Assembly: GCF_001194135.2 (NCBI RefSeq)
Contig: NC_068999.1
Coordinates: forward strand, 52,268,895-52,332,792
Length of the DNA stretch: 63,898 nucleotides
Direction: 5' to 3'
Source: Octopus bimaculoides
Lineage: Eukaryota
The notes under the pieces were generated by a model. That model was not told the DNA's origin, searched no databases, and saw nothing but the letters and a program-made list of their open reading frames with translations. The position numbers and the translations under genes were made by a program. Positions 1 through 14,300 of this stretch are shown here, piece by piece; positions within the stretch are counted from its first letter, which is position 1; the number at the start of each line of letters is the position of its first letter.

Positions 1-318
1 CTGACCGAGACCTTTGGAAATATGCTGTGCGTGAGAAGACCCAGCAAGCCAAGTGAGATCGTTGCCAGGGCCCCTGGACTGGCTCTTGTGCGGGTGGCAC
101 ATAAAAGACACTATTTCGAGCGTGGCCGTTTTCGTGCGGGTGACACGTAAAAGCACCCACTACACTCTCTGAGTGGTTGGCGTTAGGAAGGGCATCCAGC
201 TGTAGAAACTCTGCCAAATTAGATTGGAGCCTGGTGTTGCCATCCGGTTTCACCAGTCCTCAGTCAAATCGTCCAACCCATGCTAGCATGGAAAGCGGAC
301 GTTAAACCATGATGATGA
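1..318 (+). mobile_element. RTE-clade LINE 3' end (ORF tail + 3' UTR + (ATG)n tail)
   Basis: 3-56 reads DRDLWKYAVREKTQQAK*; followed by the recurrent UTR ggttggcgttaggaagggcatccagc...catgctagcatggaaagcggacgttaaa and atgatgatg tail. Confidence 0.8.
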
Positions 319-478
319 ATTGTTTATGTTATCATTTTATTTACTCCATGTACCCAGACGTTGTGGACACCCTGTATATTGTACGGTACAGGCCTTCAGA
401 TCATTCCCGAATAACTTAGATCATGGCTAGGTTATTTCAACTAATTAATGCAACTGAAAATTAATGTAATGTTCTCAC

Positions 479-550
479 CATGTAATTTGCGGACAACTTG
501 TGTTATCACAACCATTGCTTCTGATCTTATCACAGAATATTTCATATTAC
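479..550 (-). CDS. ECPAS: ECPAS coding exon (last visible; terminal exon(s) beyond window)
   Basis: tag|72 nt|gtgaga; [23 protein letters not shown]; ends in phase 1 with no stop, no further exon seen in 1-478. Confidence 0.92.
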
Positions 551-3500
551 CTATAAAACAGAAATTCAAACATTTAATGAGAGGACACAGATTTAGAATT
601 AGGGAAAAGATTATTGGTGCAGGCTCAGTTGTGATCCTAATGTTTGCTTTCTAAACGTGCAGTTTTGGATTCAGTCTCACTGCATGGCATCTTGAGCAAT
701 TATCTTCTAGTATAGTCCCAAACTTTGTAAGTGGATTTGGTTGATAGAAACTGAAAGAAACCCACCAGTGTTTGTGTGTTCCCTTGTCTTGACATTACTG
801 TCAAATGAGTGTTGATTGTTTATTTACAATCTTCCATAAAACATGTCTGGCCATTGGGAACCGGCGTGGGTTAGTGGTAGGAGGGGCATCCAGCCTTAGA
901 AAATCTGGCTTACCAAATTTCTTCTGATTCATACAGATGAAGCTACTTTTTAAATATTTATGTAAGCAAGCAGGTTGTGTTGTTTCCAAGCAAGATTATA
1001 TCTTGCTTGGAAACAGATGAGAGTTGGTGACAGGAAGGGCATCTGGCCAGAGAAAATCTGCCTCAACAAATTCTGTCCAAACCATGCATGCATGGAAAAG
1101 TAGACATTAAAACGATAATGAATAAGACATTTCATGAAACTAGTTTTAGCCATTTGAATCGAGCTGTTGAGTTGTGTACACTATTGTATATTTTAGAGTG
1201 TTTGGTCAGTTGTCCAGCAGTCTGACAAAATTATATAACTGCTGTTATTTAAACTGGTCATATCTGGCCCAAAATATTCTACCTGTTTTATGCTCAAACT
1301 GGCCAGATCCAGCCTCTCACACCTATCTTTTAAATGTCCTTAAAACAAGAAGTTATGAGATAATGCATAATTAAATCAAAAGGATGTGAATAAATAAACA
1401 TTACATTTGACAGAGTAATCTGAAGGCTAAAGAGTTGATATAATAATGGAAGATCTGCAGCTAAAGTTGCTGGCATTGAATGAGAAAACATCAAAGCACA
1501 ATTGACAGCAACAAATGAAAGGTGTTTAAACTCACCTAAACATGGTATCACAGACGAGAGTATTTGGTTGATAATCTTACTAGCCATTGCAACATTATTG
1601 CTCACTGCATTCTGGTCTTGCCAGATTAATAGCCTGATATAAAAAAAGACAAACACAATTAACAAACAATTAATTATGTACAAACTTGAATCAGAAGCAT
1701 GGAAGTGTTTGGTTAGCTTCAATTGTAAACCAGTGAATAAGAAATGTTGATTTATGAGGAAAACAGAACAAAAATCAAACAGACTTTTCTCCCATGACTA
1801 CACAGTTAAACAACTAAAGACCCATAGCTCACACCAAATATACCCACATTGTGCAGTGATTTATTATTTGGTAATACAGTGTGGCCATCTGGCTATGAAT
1901 TATTTTTCTCCAGTGTCTCTTCTGTTTCTGCATGCTGGTAGACTCACCTCAAAAGTGAAGAAGCTATATGCAAGGTACACTAATAGCTATTTTCTGCAGT
2001 GACAGTTGTGTACATCGCAGCACAGTGTTTGGAGTGAATAAAGTTATCAATATCAATACTGGCTATTTTGTGTGTAATGTTTTTCTTACAGTGAATCTCT
2101 TCGTAGCAAGAGGTCACAGTGCCAAGTACAATGGATATGTACAAAACAGACAAACATACATACAAAATACACACACAGAGTCAAACACAGGTATCTACAG
2201 AAACACACACGCACACCTACTCATTACATCAATGTAGTAGACTACTCACCTGTTCAGATATTTCTGTATGGACTTCATTACTGAAATCTGTATCTTCCAC
2301 ACACCTCTCATCAACGACTGACACAGCTGCTCACAAAACAACTCTTGATAGGTGGCTGATAAGAAAAAGAAAAACAAGAACATTAATAGTTTGGTGGTTT
2401 GTCCTGAAGGCATGGATGATAAATGTTGGAATAGATACAGTGTTTACACTAAGAGAGAAAATGTGTGTCTGTCAATCCACACACATTGTAGGCATTTTCC
2501 ACTTTGTACTGGCACTCTGTCAGCTATGATGAGGTGGGTTCCAGTTGATCCAATCAACGGAACAGCCTGCTCGTGAAATTAACATGCAAGTGGCTGAGCA
2601 CTCCACAGACACATGTACCCTTAATGTAGTTCTCAAGGAAATTCAATGTGACAAGGTTGGCCCTTAGAAATACAGGTACAACTCATTTTTACCAGCTGAG
2701 AGGACTGGAGCAACATGAAATAAAGTGTTTTGCCCAAGGACATAATGTGCCACCAGGAATCAAACTTATGACCATGAGCTGAATACCCGAAATACGAAGC
2801 CACATGCCTTCACTGTAGGGACAAATGTGACAACGGTCACAATGCACCGCCAGGAATCAAACACATGACCTCCATTGTCAGTGATATCACAAGGGGACAG
2901 CTAATGTCAAAAGGATGCTATGGTGGGGGCCATGTTCTTTCTGAGAAATAAAATATTTAAACCAGATATAATATTTATTTTTTTGAACACAGTTTCGAAA
3001 ATTCTTTGCCAGGTTTAAAACACGGATAGAATTTTGTGTAAACAGTGAGCACAAATTCTTATACCAAAGCAGATGTTTGTAAAATATCATTTGATGAAAG
3101 GGGCCACTGAGCTACAAAAAGGCTCAGAACCACTGACTAAGAGGCTCTCGCATTGGCTCATATGAAGTGCAAGAGACGATGTAGTGTTTGCGGAGTCAGT
3201 ATTAAGATGTTGGTGCCAGGGTAAGAAAAAAAACACTCCAGCGACCAAAAAAGAAAAAAAAAAGAAATGTGTTTGCAACAAAATTGTTGAAGTAGCAATA
3301 AAGCAGAGAAGCAAATAAAAATGATTCTTACTTTGTGTCTGAGCATTTTCTGGCCAAACTTTCCCCAAACATTCAAATACTGCTTGTTGGTATTCCAGTT
3401 TGATTCCCAGGCTGGTAACTGAGTTATCTTCATCTTCATTGGAATCACTTTCTGACTAAAATAAACAAAAGATGAATGCCAGATTTTAGTAACAATGGCT

Positions 3501-5342
3501 TCGAACATGCTATTGGAAAGTTACTCAGACTCAAGGGTTAGGGTCTCACTACATTCGTGGATCTGCAGTGGAAAAGTCATTCTTTGAGGAGCAGACATGG
3601 GCAAGGTTTTACTTTATATTTTGTCTGATGTCCTAATGATTCTGCCAGCTCACTTCTTTGATGACAATAATGATAAAAATAATGATTTCAAGGCTAATAA
3701 ATTTAAGAGAAGCGATTTATTAAATACCATCAACCCCAACTGAAAAGCAAAGGTGACCTTAACAGGATTTGAACTCAGAATGCAAAGTGCCACAATTAAT
3801 GTTGTAAAGACATTTGTTCCTGATGCTCTAGTGATTCTTTGAGCTCACCATTTTCAATAATTGTCTTTGACACAGGCACAAACCAGCAACATTGAAGGGA
3901 GGGAGTAAGTCACTGTCATCAACTTCAGTACTTCCCTCTCTCTCTCTCGGAGAAGCACAAGCACATACACAGACATATACACAAGCGGCAGTAACTTCCG
4001 CCTACCAAATTCAATCACAAAGCTTCGGTCGGCCCGGGGCTATAGCAGAAGACACTTGCCCAAGGTGCCACGTGGCGGGACTGAGCCCGAAACCATGTAG
4101 CTGGGAAGCAAGCTTCCTAACCACACAGCCATGCCCGCAGGTATTTTATTTTATTGACCCCACAAAGATGAAATGTAAAGTTGACCTCAGTGGGACTTGA
4201 ACTTAGAAAGTTAGGAGAAATGCTGCTAACCATTTTGTCCAAAACACAAATACAGATGACATCAGCTGTACCTTGAGATGAAAAGGACAGATCCTGAACA
4301 TTATAGATCTTTTCTGAAATCAGACCTAAACACAAAGCAACAATGGCTCACAGACTGGCAACTCAAGTTGGCTGTGGACAAGTGTACCACCATGTATTTT
4401 GGGAGGAGAAACCCAGCATCCACACGCTCTCTCCACAACACTAATATCAAGAAGTCTTCTTGTGAACGTGACCTGGGTATTGCTGTCAGCAGCGATTTGC
4501 ACTGGACAAAGCACATCTCTAAAATTGCCAAGAAGGTTGAAAGTGTCTTGGCATCACTCAGCAAAGCCTGTCAGCCACTCTCCCAGCTATCGATTTAAGA
4601 CTGTGTATGGCTATGGTGCAGCTACACTTGGAATTTGCATCACCCGTCTGGAGCCCCTACCTGGCTCAGGACATCGACCTCCTGTTAACTGTTCAGAGAC
4701 ATGCAACCAAGCGAATACCCTCCATCAGGCATCTACCACACTCTGATCGCCTTGCAACCCTGGGCATAGATTCATTGAAGCTCCGACGTCTGGCAACTGA
4801 CTTGGTAAACACCCACAACATTATTAACCATCATGCCAACAACCACCTTGAGCACCTTTTTGAGCTCCATGTGTCTTGTTTTATTGACTCTGAAAGGATG
4901 AAAGATAAAGTTGACTCCAAAATGATTTGAACTCCCATCATAAAGTGCTACAACTAAATACCACAAGGCATTTTTGCCAATCCTCTAAGAATTCCGCTAA
5001 TCCATCACCCTGATTGTGATAATGATGATGATGATGATGATGATAGAGGTACTGATGATGATGATAAGATACTTACTGTATTAAGAGAGGGTTGTAGTAG
5101 AAGCCAGAGGACCTCGAACCTGTCCACTTTATAGAGTTCAAGGATTGAACCTGCAGTATGTAGACCTTTTATTCGATATTCTTTGTTCTCTTTCTTGCAT
5201 TCCCTTAAGATAACATCAAGCACCTAAACAAATATAGATTCCAAGACAAAATAAATAAATAAATAAAATCAATTATGTATATGCATACATCAACTTTAAC
5301 CTGGGATTTGGTATACAGAAACTGAAAGAAGCCCATTGTGTA

Positions 5343-5376
<34 letters not shown>

Positions 5377-8300
5377 CCCTTGTCTTGACATCATATGATG
5401 GCTGTAAATGAGCATCACCATCATACAAGTTACGCTGTTTGTTTCAAGTGTTCTGCGGATAACATATCTGGCCACAGGAAATATCACTTTACTTGGAAAC
5501 AGGTGAGGGTTGGCAATGGGACAGGCATCTTGTCATAGAAAATCTGCTTCAACAAATCTCGTCTGACCCATGCAAGTACGGAAGAGTGTATACTAAATGA
5601 CAATGTCATATGTAATTAAAGATTTAGTCTCTCTCTCTCTCTCTCTCTAATATCGATTTTGAGTTTTGGCACAAGGCCAGCAATTTCAGAGGAGTGGATA
5701 AATCGAGTACATCGACCCAGTACTCAACTGGTACTTATTTTATTGACCCCACAAAGGACGAAAGGCAAGGTCAACCCCAGCAGAATTTGAACTCAGAATG
5801 TAAAGATGGGTGAAATACCACTAAGCATTTTGCCCAGCGTGATAATGGGATAATGACTGCCAGCTCACTCTCTCATATCAAAAGTAACTTCAAATGTTCA
5901 TGGAAACTATGTCTCATATTCGTTACTGAATGTCTTGAGAGTTTTAGAGCCAAGTACTTTACATTTAATTAAAGGAAGCAACAAAGGTGCTTCTATGAGG
6001 TTCCTTGATTTGCTAGAAATAACAAGCCAGTCTTAAAAAAAAGGAAGGATACATTAGATCAGGGGTCTCTAAAGTGGTCGATGTCGACCCCCTGGGGGGT
6101 CGATAAATGCACATCTACTTAATTATTATTGTTTATTATTTTGGGGACCCCTGCATTAGATAATATCATCTTATGTAACCTTAAGAAATAGAATGCTCTT
6201 GGCTGGAATAGGGCTTACAAAGAGTCAAGCAACAGCAAAACAACATTTAATTAAAAATCAATTCACATTTGTTGAATGAGACAACACCTCTTACTCATAA
6301 GATTTTGTTTTTGATTTTCCAGTAAAATTCTGTTTTTGGCTTCTGTATTTACACAATCATTAAATATCCTTTTAACATCCACTTTTCCATGCCTGCATGA
6401 GTCAGATGGAATTCGTTGAGACATATTTTTTACAATTGGATGCCCTTCCTGTTGCTAACCCTCACCTCTTTCCAACCAAGGTAATATTTCCTCAACAAAG
6501 ATGGGAAAGTGGATGTTAAAATGATGATGAAATGAATCTATCTTTCCCTTTTAAGCTAGAGTTGTGATTTGACTGCTTGTTCTAGCAGGTTGGTCAACAA
6601 CATCAAGATTCCTTTGTTGATTGTTTTCTCTTGGGGATAATAATGTAAGTAATGAAGGCTATAATACAATATCTACTAACCTGGTTGATATCTGGTTTAT
6701 CTTCACTTGCTTCTGTTCTGTCTTCTAATAAAGGTCTGTAGGAAATGGTTTAGAAATAAGCTTGTAAATAATGTGAAAAGAGGAAAAAAATGACAAGTAT
6801 AACTAAACACACTGGCCATACCAGTCATAAATTGGAAGTGGAGTGGAATTAAAGAGCTGAGACATAATAACTAGGAAACTACTAACAGAATTCTGAAGCC
6901 AACCCCAACACCAAAGTTGATACAGATATAATACATCTACTTTATTATGTCCCCTTCTTTCTACCTCTCCTGTCAAACCTTTTTTTTCCTAACCAGTTGC
7001 CATGCTTGATCGCTAAATCCACAAGTTATTTTTATTCTCTCTCTGTTTATTTTCTCTTATTCCTTTCTGTTGAAGAGCGTAGGCTCGAAATGTAAAAGAC
7101 TTTCTCACTTTCCCAAGCATCAAACCAGTATACCTACTTGTTGTTCATGCACCTGTCTTTGTCTTTTGTTTTTCTGTAAATTTCAACTAATACATCTACT
7201 CTGCATACAGAAAGGATGAGAGCTGATACAAATAGAAAACTACTACATCATAACAACTGTAGGACTGGATAAATACTTAAAAGCTTGAGTTGCAACCACA
7301 TGGTTTTGAGTTCGCTCTCATTGTATGGCACACCTTGAGCAAGTGTTTCCGTCTACAGGTCTGTGTTGACTAATGCCTTGCGAGTGAATTTGTTGATGGA
7401 AACTGTACAGAAGTCCACAGTGCATGTGTATGTGTGTGTATATATATATATATATATATCTTGAACAGATCTCAATGTCCGTTTATGTACAACACTGATT
7501 TCATGTGCCTATTACGATATTTTATTCCAACCTAGACCACTGTCACACAAAGGAAGCAAAGACTTCAAAAGTCATTTCAGAGTTGTCTCCCTTGCAGACT
7601 GATGGTAGCCAAAAAGCTAGAAATGCATTCACTTTTCTGCCAAAAGGACAACCATGAAATGACTTGGTAATTTTAACAACTTAGGCCTAAAGCAAGAATT
7701 ATTCTCAACAGTAAACGGCAATCAATACAGCCTTTCCACAAGTCAAATATGTCCCAAACACATTTGAACTGATCTAAATGTTTTATATTTATTTGTGTGT
7801 GTGTGCCCTAGTCAATTTAGCATTTGTGTGTATTTATTTGTTTGTGTATCCAAGTCAATTTAGCAATAAATCCGATTCTAGTCTGAAAATTGAGTCACCT
7901 ACCCCACTCTATCGGTAAATATTCTGTTGTTAGTCTTGAAATAGCTTTAAAGTAATATCCTCAATTTAACACATACATTACATATACATAAAAAAAATGT
8001 GGAGTTAGGATATACACACACATATATACAGAAGGTTGATTCAGTTACATGTACTTCCTGTTCACTACAAATATGAACTGTTAAGGAGGAGGGAGAAGAA
8101 GAGTGGTAGTGAAAGTCAGATGTCAGATAACATTAAACTTACTTGCAGTTACAGCATATCTTGCCTACAGCTTCGAGTAAATTTTTCTAAAAGAAAAACA
8201 ACAGATTGTTTCAGTATGAATCATATAGGAACTTGACACAGTGAAATGATCTTCGACAGGAGAGCCAATTATGTGTTTGTGTGTGTGCACATGTATCTAT

Positions 8301-11300
8301 ATGTATGTGTGTCTGTGTGCAAATGTTCATGAATGTGGCTATTTCATGTTTATCTCAGCTTCATTGACATGGTGACAGTGTTGATGTTACTTATTTGATA
8401 TTATGACAAGTTGTTCTGTGCTTTTGAAGACTTCTGGATTAGAAAACCTCTTACATGAAAAACAAGTAAGTGTTGGTGATAGAAAGAGCATCTGGCCATG
8501 AAATTCTTCCGCCAATAATTCCCTCTCTAACCCCAAGCAAACATGGAAACAACAAACATTAAACTAACTAGCAAATACTTTAGCCCGTTATCCTCCTACT
8601 CATCATCATTTTTTAATGACCACTTTCTGTGAAGAATTTGTTGAGGTAGATTTTCAACAGTTGGATGTCCTTTCTGTCATCAACTGACACCTGTTCCAAG
8701 CAAGGAAATATTCCCTATGATCAGACAAATTTTCACGGAAGATTGGAAACAAAAGGACACTGCTTGCATGATGATAGCATTTGTTTACATGAAGTCGAGG
8801 CACGGAGACAGTAACACATGCGCACACACGTGTGTGTACACACGAGGGGTTTCTTTCAGTTATTATCTACCAAATCCATTCACAAGGCTTTAGTCATCCC
8901 AGGGCTTCAGTGGAAGGCACCTGCCCAAGGTGTCACACAGGGAGTCTAAACCCGGAACCATGTGGTTGGGAGGCAAACTTCTTACTACACTGCTATGCCT
9001 GAGCCCAATCTTGAAATATTAATCAAAGAACACTATAAATTAATTCAAAATTTACTAATTTCTTTTTAGAAATATTTTTTCAATTTTAAAAAGTAAACAA
9101 GCAAAACACTATTTCTATTTAAAAATCCTAAATGACAGGAAATATTCGATGCATGACATTGTCAGACCTTTCCTTTCCATGTTCTTCCAGATAATCCAGT
9201 TAAAAGAGCCTTGAGTAGAATATCGCCGCTTGGAGAAGTCAATTTAGGTCCCAATTTGGTAGCTACAGTGCCAATAGCTCTAGCAGCCTGGCCTTTGGTG
9301 TTCCACTGTTGAGATTCTAAACTTGAACAAAGAATCTCAGTGATTTCTTGAAGATATAATCGAATCCCTGGTTCTGTGCCTGAAATAAAGTAAATCATGA
9401 GAATATTGAGAAAATTGCAGACACACCATCCATTTACACCAGGGCTCTTTCAATACAAAACCGTTTTTCTATTACATTGGTGCCCTGTCAATACAAATCC
9501 CCTTTCCTATTAACATTAACACTCTGTCAATATAAAAACCCCTTTATATTTTATCAGTGCCCTGCTAATCCAGAACCATTTTCTTAATTCACATCAGTAT
9601 CCTGTCACTATAAAACCCTTTTCTATTTACACCTGTTTCTATCTTTACACTAGTACCCTGTTAATACAAAAGATGTATTTCTTGTCTGTTCAGAGTGACG
9701 ACCATACCTCTTTATTTGTTCCAAAAGAAAGTTGAGAAATTAATTATCTTATCTTCTAAGAAATATGATAGTTTCTAGGATATCAGAATTGTCTATTGTA
9801 GGCTAAACCCATTCCTTATAAAAATAAAATCACCTAGTGTACTCTGTAAGTGGTTGGTAGATTGAATCAAACAGCAACAACGCAGAGTTTGAGGGAGCTT
9901 TTTAGTTTTGTTGAGGACAAGGTAAACCTGCAGTGCTGGTGCCATGAGAAATGCACACAGTATACTCAGCAAAATGGTTAGTGTTAGGAAAATTAGTATT
10001 ATAATGGTGGATAGTTGTGATGATGATGATGATGGAATTTCTTGCACAACATTTCTGAACCACATGTCAAAGAGGAAATTTTGATTTTTTTTTTTTTTTT
10101 GAAGTTGTATACAAAAAAAGTGCAACTTGTAAACAAATAAATATGGCATGTCTTAATATGAAACTATAAAAATTTTACTCAACTTACCAGGAGCTATTTC
10201 AAACCAGATTTCATCCCATATGGATAAACTAGAATCAGAATCTGAAGAAAAATAACAGGATTTCATTAAAAAGCAATTACAAAATAAAATGAAAATTAAA
10301 AATTTTTAAAAACTGTATCCTGATTGGGTACCTTTATGGTAATTGCTGTAATGAGTGAATTGAGATGATAAGTATTGTTACGTGGTGCCAAATTGTCATC
10401 GTCCAATAACAGAAAGAAATAAAAGGCAAAGATTTGTACAATTTTTCATGATCTAATTATTTTGAATAATCATTGCTTAATAAATTAAACGGCTATTTAC
10501 CTTTGGTTGTGTTTTTTGGTTCATGCATAGCAAAGAATACAAACGGCATCACCAAAGCAGCATGTCTTTTAAGAATATCTGGGCTACGTTGACTGATAGC
10601 ATACAGGGTGGCCCCACAAGCTGTTTGGGCAGATTCATCTGAAGTAACAAAAGTTCAACATTAACAAACGATTATAATATCAAAACAGCAGTTTCTTTTC
10701 ATTACATGTTTATATTAGTTTCATTTTATAATGGGGAAACATTTAACATTACAGAATAACAAACAAAGCTAAGGAAATATTTCCATAATTGAAATCTTGT
10801 AAGGACAGTTGTAGTCATTAGGGAACCACTTCCAGTTTAATTGAAGAAGGCTCATAATACAGAGCTACTTGATGAAATGCTTGGAGGCAGCCCTCATGCC
10901 CAATCTAACCTGTTACTATTCTGTGCATTCTATCATCAGGTGCAGGCATGGCTATGTGGTTAAGAGGCTCAATTTTCAACCAGGTGGTTTCAGGTTCAGT
11001 CCCACTGCATGTCACCTTGGGTAAGAGTGTTCAGCAATAGTCCTGGGTCAATCAAAGCCTTGTGAGTGAATTTGGTAGATGGAAACTGTATGGAAGTCCA
11101 TCACGTGTGAGTGTGTGTATTTTTTTTCTACTGCCACCACTTGACAAATGATGTTGGTTTGTTTGTGGCCTTGTAACTTAACAGCTTGGCAAAAGAGACC
11201 AATATAAATACCAGACTTAACAAAAAGGTAAATACTGGGATCATCCCCCCCCACCCNNNNNNNNNNNNNNNNNNNNNNNNNNNNNNNNNNNNNNNNNNNN

Positions 11301-14300
11301 NNNNNNNNNNNNNNNNNNNNNNNNNNNNNNNNCACCCACCCACTCTAGCTAAGCCAAGGTCCAATGGCTCATACAAGTAAAAAGTAAACAATAAAAGATA
11401 CAGTACTAATGTGCAGGTGGTTGTCAGGTAATGGTGCATTAATTATGCAGCACAGATTCGTCTTTACCTGATTGAAACGTTTCCTATGTGAGCTAATGAA
11501 AAGACGTGTCTGTATAGCCATGCAACAGGTTGTTGTAGCAGATAAGCTCTCCCTCAATAAACCCCTTATTGTCTTTAAAATAGAAGACAACATGTGAAAA
11601 CGGTTGGACAAAGAACCAAACAGCTCTTTACTTACCCTTTTCCATGTACCAGGTTTTCAATTTCAACATTAACTTTTCAGTACTGCTGTCTTTAGCAACC
11701 TAGAAATAAATGAATAATATACCTGTATTAGATAAATCAAAGCTTGCTTATCAGGTTATTAAAGTACATATATACTTCATCTCCTCCTGACCTGCAAAAG
11801 TTCATGTTATTTAATGAAATGTATCTGGTTTTAGAAGAACTTAAAATACCCAATAATGATTTATTTCAAATATTTAATTGAAATTTTTTCATAACCAATA
11901 AATATGGTACTCTGAACTATTTCTATATAAATATTATTACAAATTTAAAAGTTTATCTTGTTTGTACACCACATGAATAAGTTAGCATTTCTATATAAGA
12001 AATCAGTGCTATAGAGGTCAGCTCCTGGTGAACTACTGTAGTTGATGGCATAAAAGATGCATGAGTATATTAGAGGCACCTTAATTTCAGCAGCATTTAT
12101 TGAGGAGAGAGAAATGTTTTAGTGCATTAAAGTTTATGGGAGACCCAACTTTGCATATGGGACCCAGAGTGACTTTTTTTTTTTTTTTTTTGATATTTTT
12201 AGGAAAAAAGTCTGTCAAGGTAATCTATGACAAAGTCCCAATTTTAAATTGAAAGCTGGTTACTGTATTATATCCCTAAGGCAAAGCATATTATTTCTCC
12301 TCTACATATTCGGCTTCAAATTTTGGCATAAGGCCAGCAAGTTTGAGGGAGGGGATAAGCCAATTACCGTAACCCCATCCATTTTCCATGCTGGCATGCG
12401 TTGGACAGTTTGACATAGACCTGGCCAGCCAGGGAACTGTCCAGGCTCCAATTGTCTGCTGAGGCATAGTTCCTGCAGCTGAATGCCCTCCCTAATGCCA
12501 GTTGCTTCATAGTGTGCTGGGTGCTTTGCATGTGCCATTGCCAAGGGTATATTCAATGCATTTTATATAGCACCAGCACCTGTAAAGGAGAAGCCTGTGT
12601 GTATGCACGGCAGCAATTTTACTCAGCCTGATAAATTTTCTTAAGTACAGCAAATCACCTCACCTCCCAGCCCCTTGTCATTTCCTCAGTGAGGCCCAGT
12701 GTCTGAAGACCTTTTCTCATCGCTTTGTTCCACATCTTGGGTCTACTCCTTCCACAGGTTCCCTCAACAATTAGAGCTTGGCACTTTTTTATGCAGCTGT
12801 CCTCATCCATATGTATCATGTGACCAAACAGTCTCCTCTCTTGCACACAACATCTGATGCCTCTTATACTCAGTTTTCCTCTTAAATCATTTATACTCTG
12901 TTGTGCTAAAGGGTAACAAGTTGTTTACTTGGAGAGATGTAGAAATAATTGCAATGGTACATTTATTTACGAGTGGACAGAGTATCAGAACTTACTTTAA
13001 CTAAATAACCAACAGCTGAAGCATAAGTTTTTCTTACGGCGACATTACGATCAGAGAGTCCAGTCAACATTGAATTCATGAGTTTACCTACATTAATATA
13101 GAAGAGGATTTATAAGTTGCTAATACAAACACAGATAACATTTAAAGTATGTGCCATGGCTTAGAAAACTATATAAGTAGTTTATGTGATACTGTTAGGA
13201 ATGAAGAAACTGTCAATTACTGATCCTTACAAAAGTTTATTATTTTCTAACACGTTAATTGTCACATGTACCACAGGTGGCTCATTGCAAACTTCACACA
13301 ACTATCATTTGCACCACCAGTGGTACATCTCCATAATTTGAGAAAATATTTTATTCTGTATCTTTGACATGCTTTTGAGGATATTTAACCCTTTAGCATT
13401 TAAATTGGCCATATCTGGCCCAAAATTCTCTACATGTTTGATGTTTAAACTGGCCATATTTGGTCTTTCACACCTACCTAACAATGTCGTTGTAAAAATA
13501 AAAGTTTGAAATCTCAAATGCATGGTTACAAGATAATGCAGGATAAATTCAAAACAATGCAATAAATAAACATTACATTTGACAAAGTAATCCGAACACT
13601 AAAAGGTTAAATAACATGGGTGCTAAACATTAAAGTTTAATTATAAAATATTGTAAAAATGTAAAAGGTATTGTAAGAAGGTGTCATATACTACTACAAA
13701 CAGTGTGAGCTTTAAATAATTTATGAATGCTTCATTAACTCATAGTGCTGAGCACAAGTCAATCTACAGGCCTGAAGTAGGCAACAATAGATCATGGATA
13801 GAATATGCATCAGAGAAATACAAAATAATAAGTCTTTACAATTAGAAGTATACAAGAAATGACTAAACAGATTTTTGAAAATGTGAAAAATGAACATACC
13901 TGCATAAGGTGTTAAATCATGGGGACAGTGAGTAGCCAGGGAAGTGATGAAGCTAGCACACCCTGCCTGAAATTAAAGAAGCAACCACCTGTAGAGAGAT
14001 GTCAATAAAAACTACTCCGAAGAGCATCACATAATTAGAGACAGTGAAGGTACGGCCACCTTCTCTGACATGTCATCATTAAGGTTAAATTTAATTATAA
14101 AAACAAATTAAAAAAAGTTAAAAGCCTAATCACTAACCTTAGTTCCAACACCGATTCCACTTTTGATTAATTCTATGAGACGTGGTATCAGTTCTGGCAG
14201 CACAGAAGCATCAACATACTGGACACACTGGAATAAAAAAAGGAGTAATTAAACAATTGCTTATAGTAATGTATATCAGTTCCTTGAAGACTCCCTTCCC

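Noticed and set aside
9431-9672. Regularly spaced ~38-bp repeats as a possible CRISPR array
   Set aside because: Units are contiguous and degenerate with no unique spacers, no cas genes, and a eukaryotic intron context.
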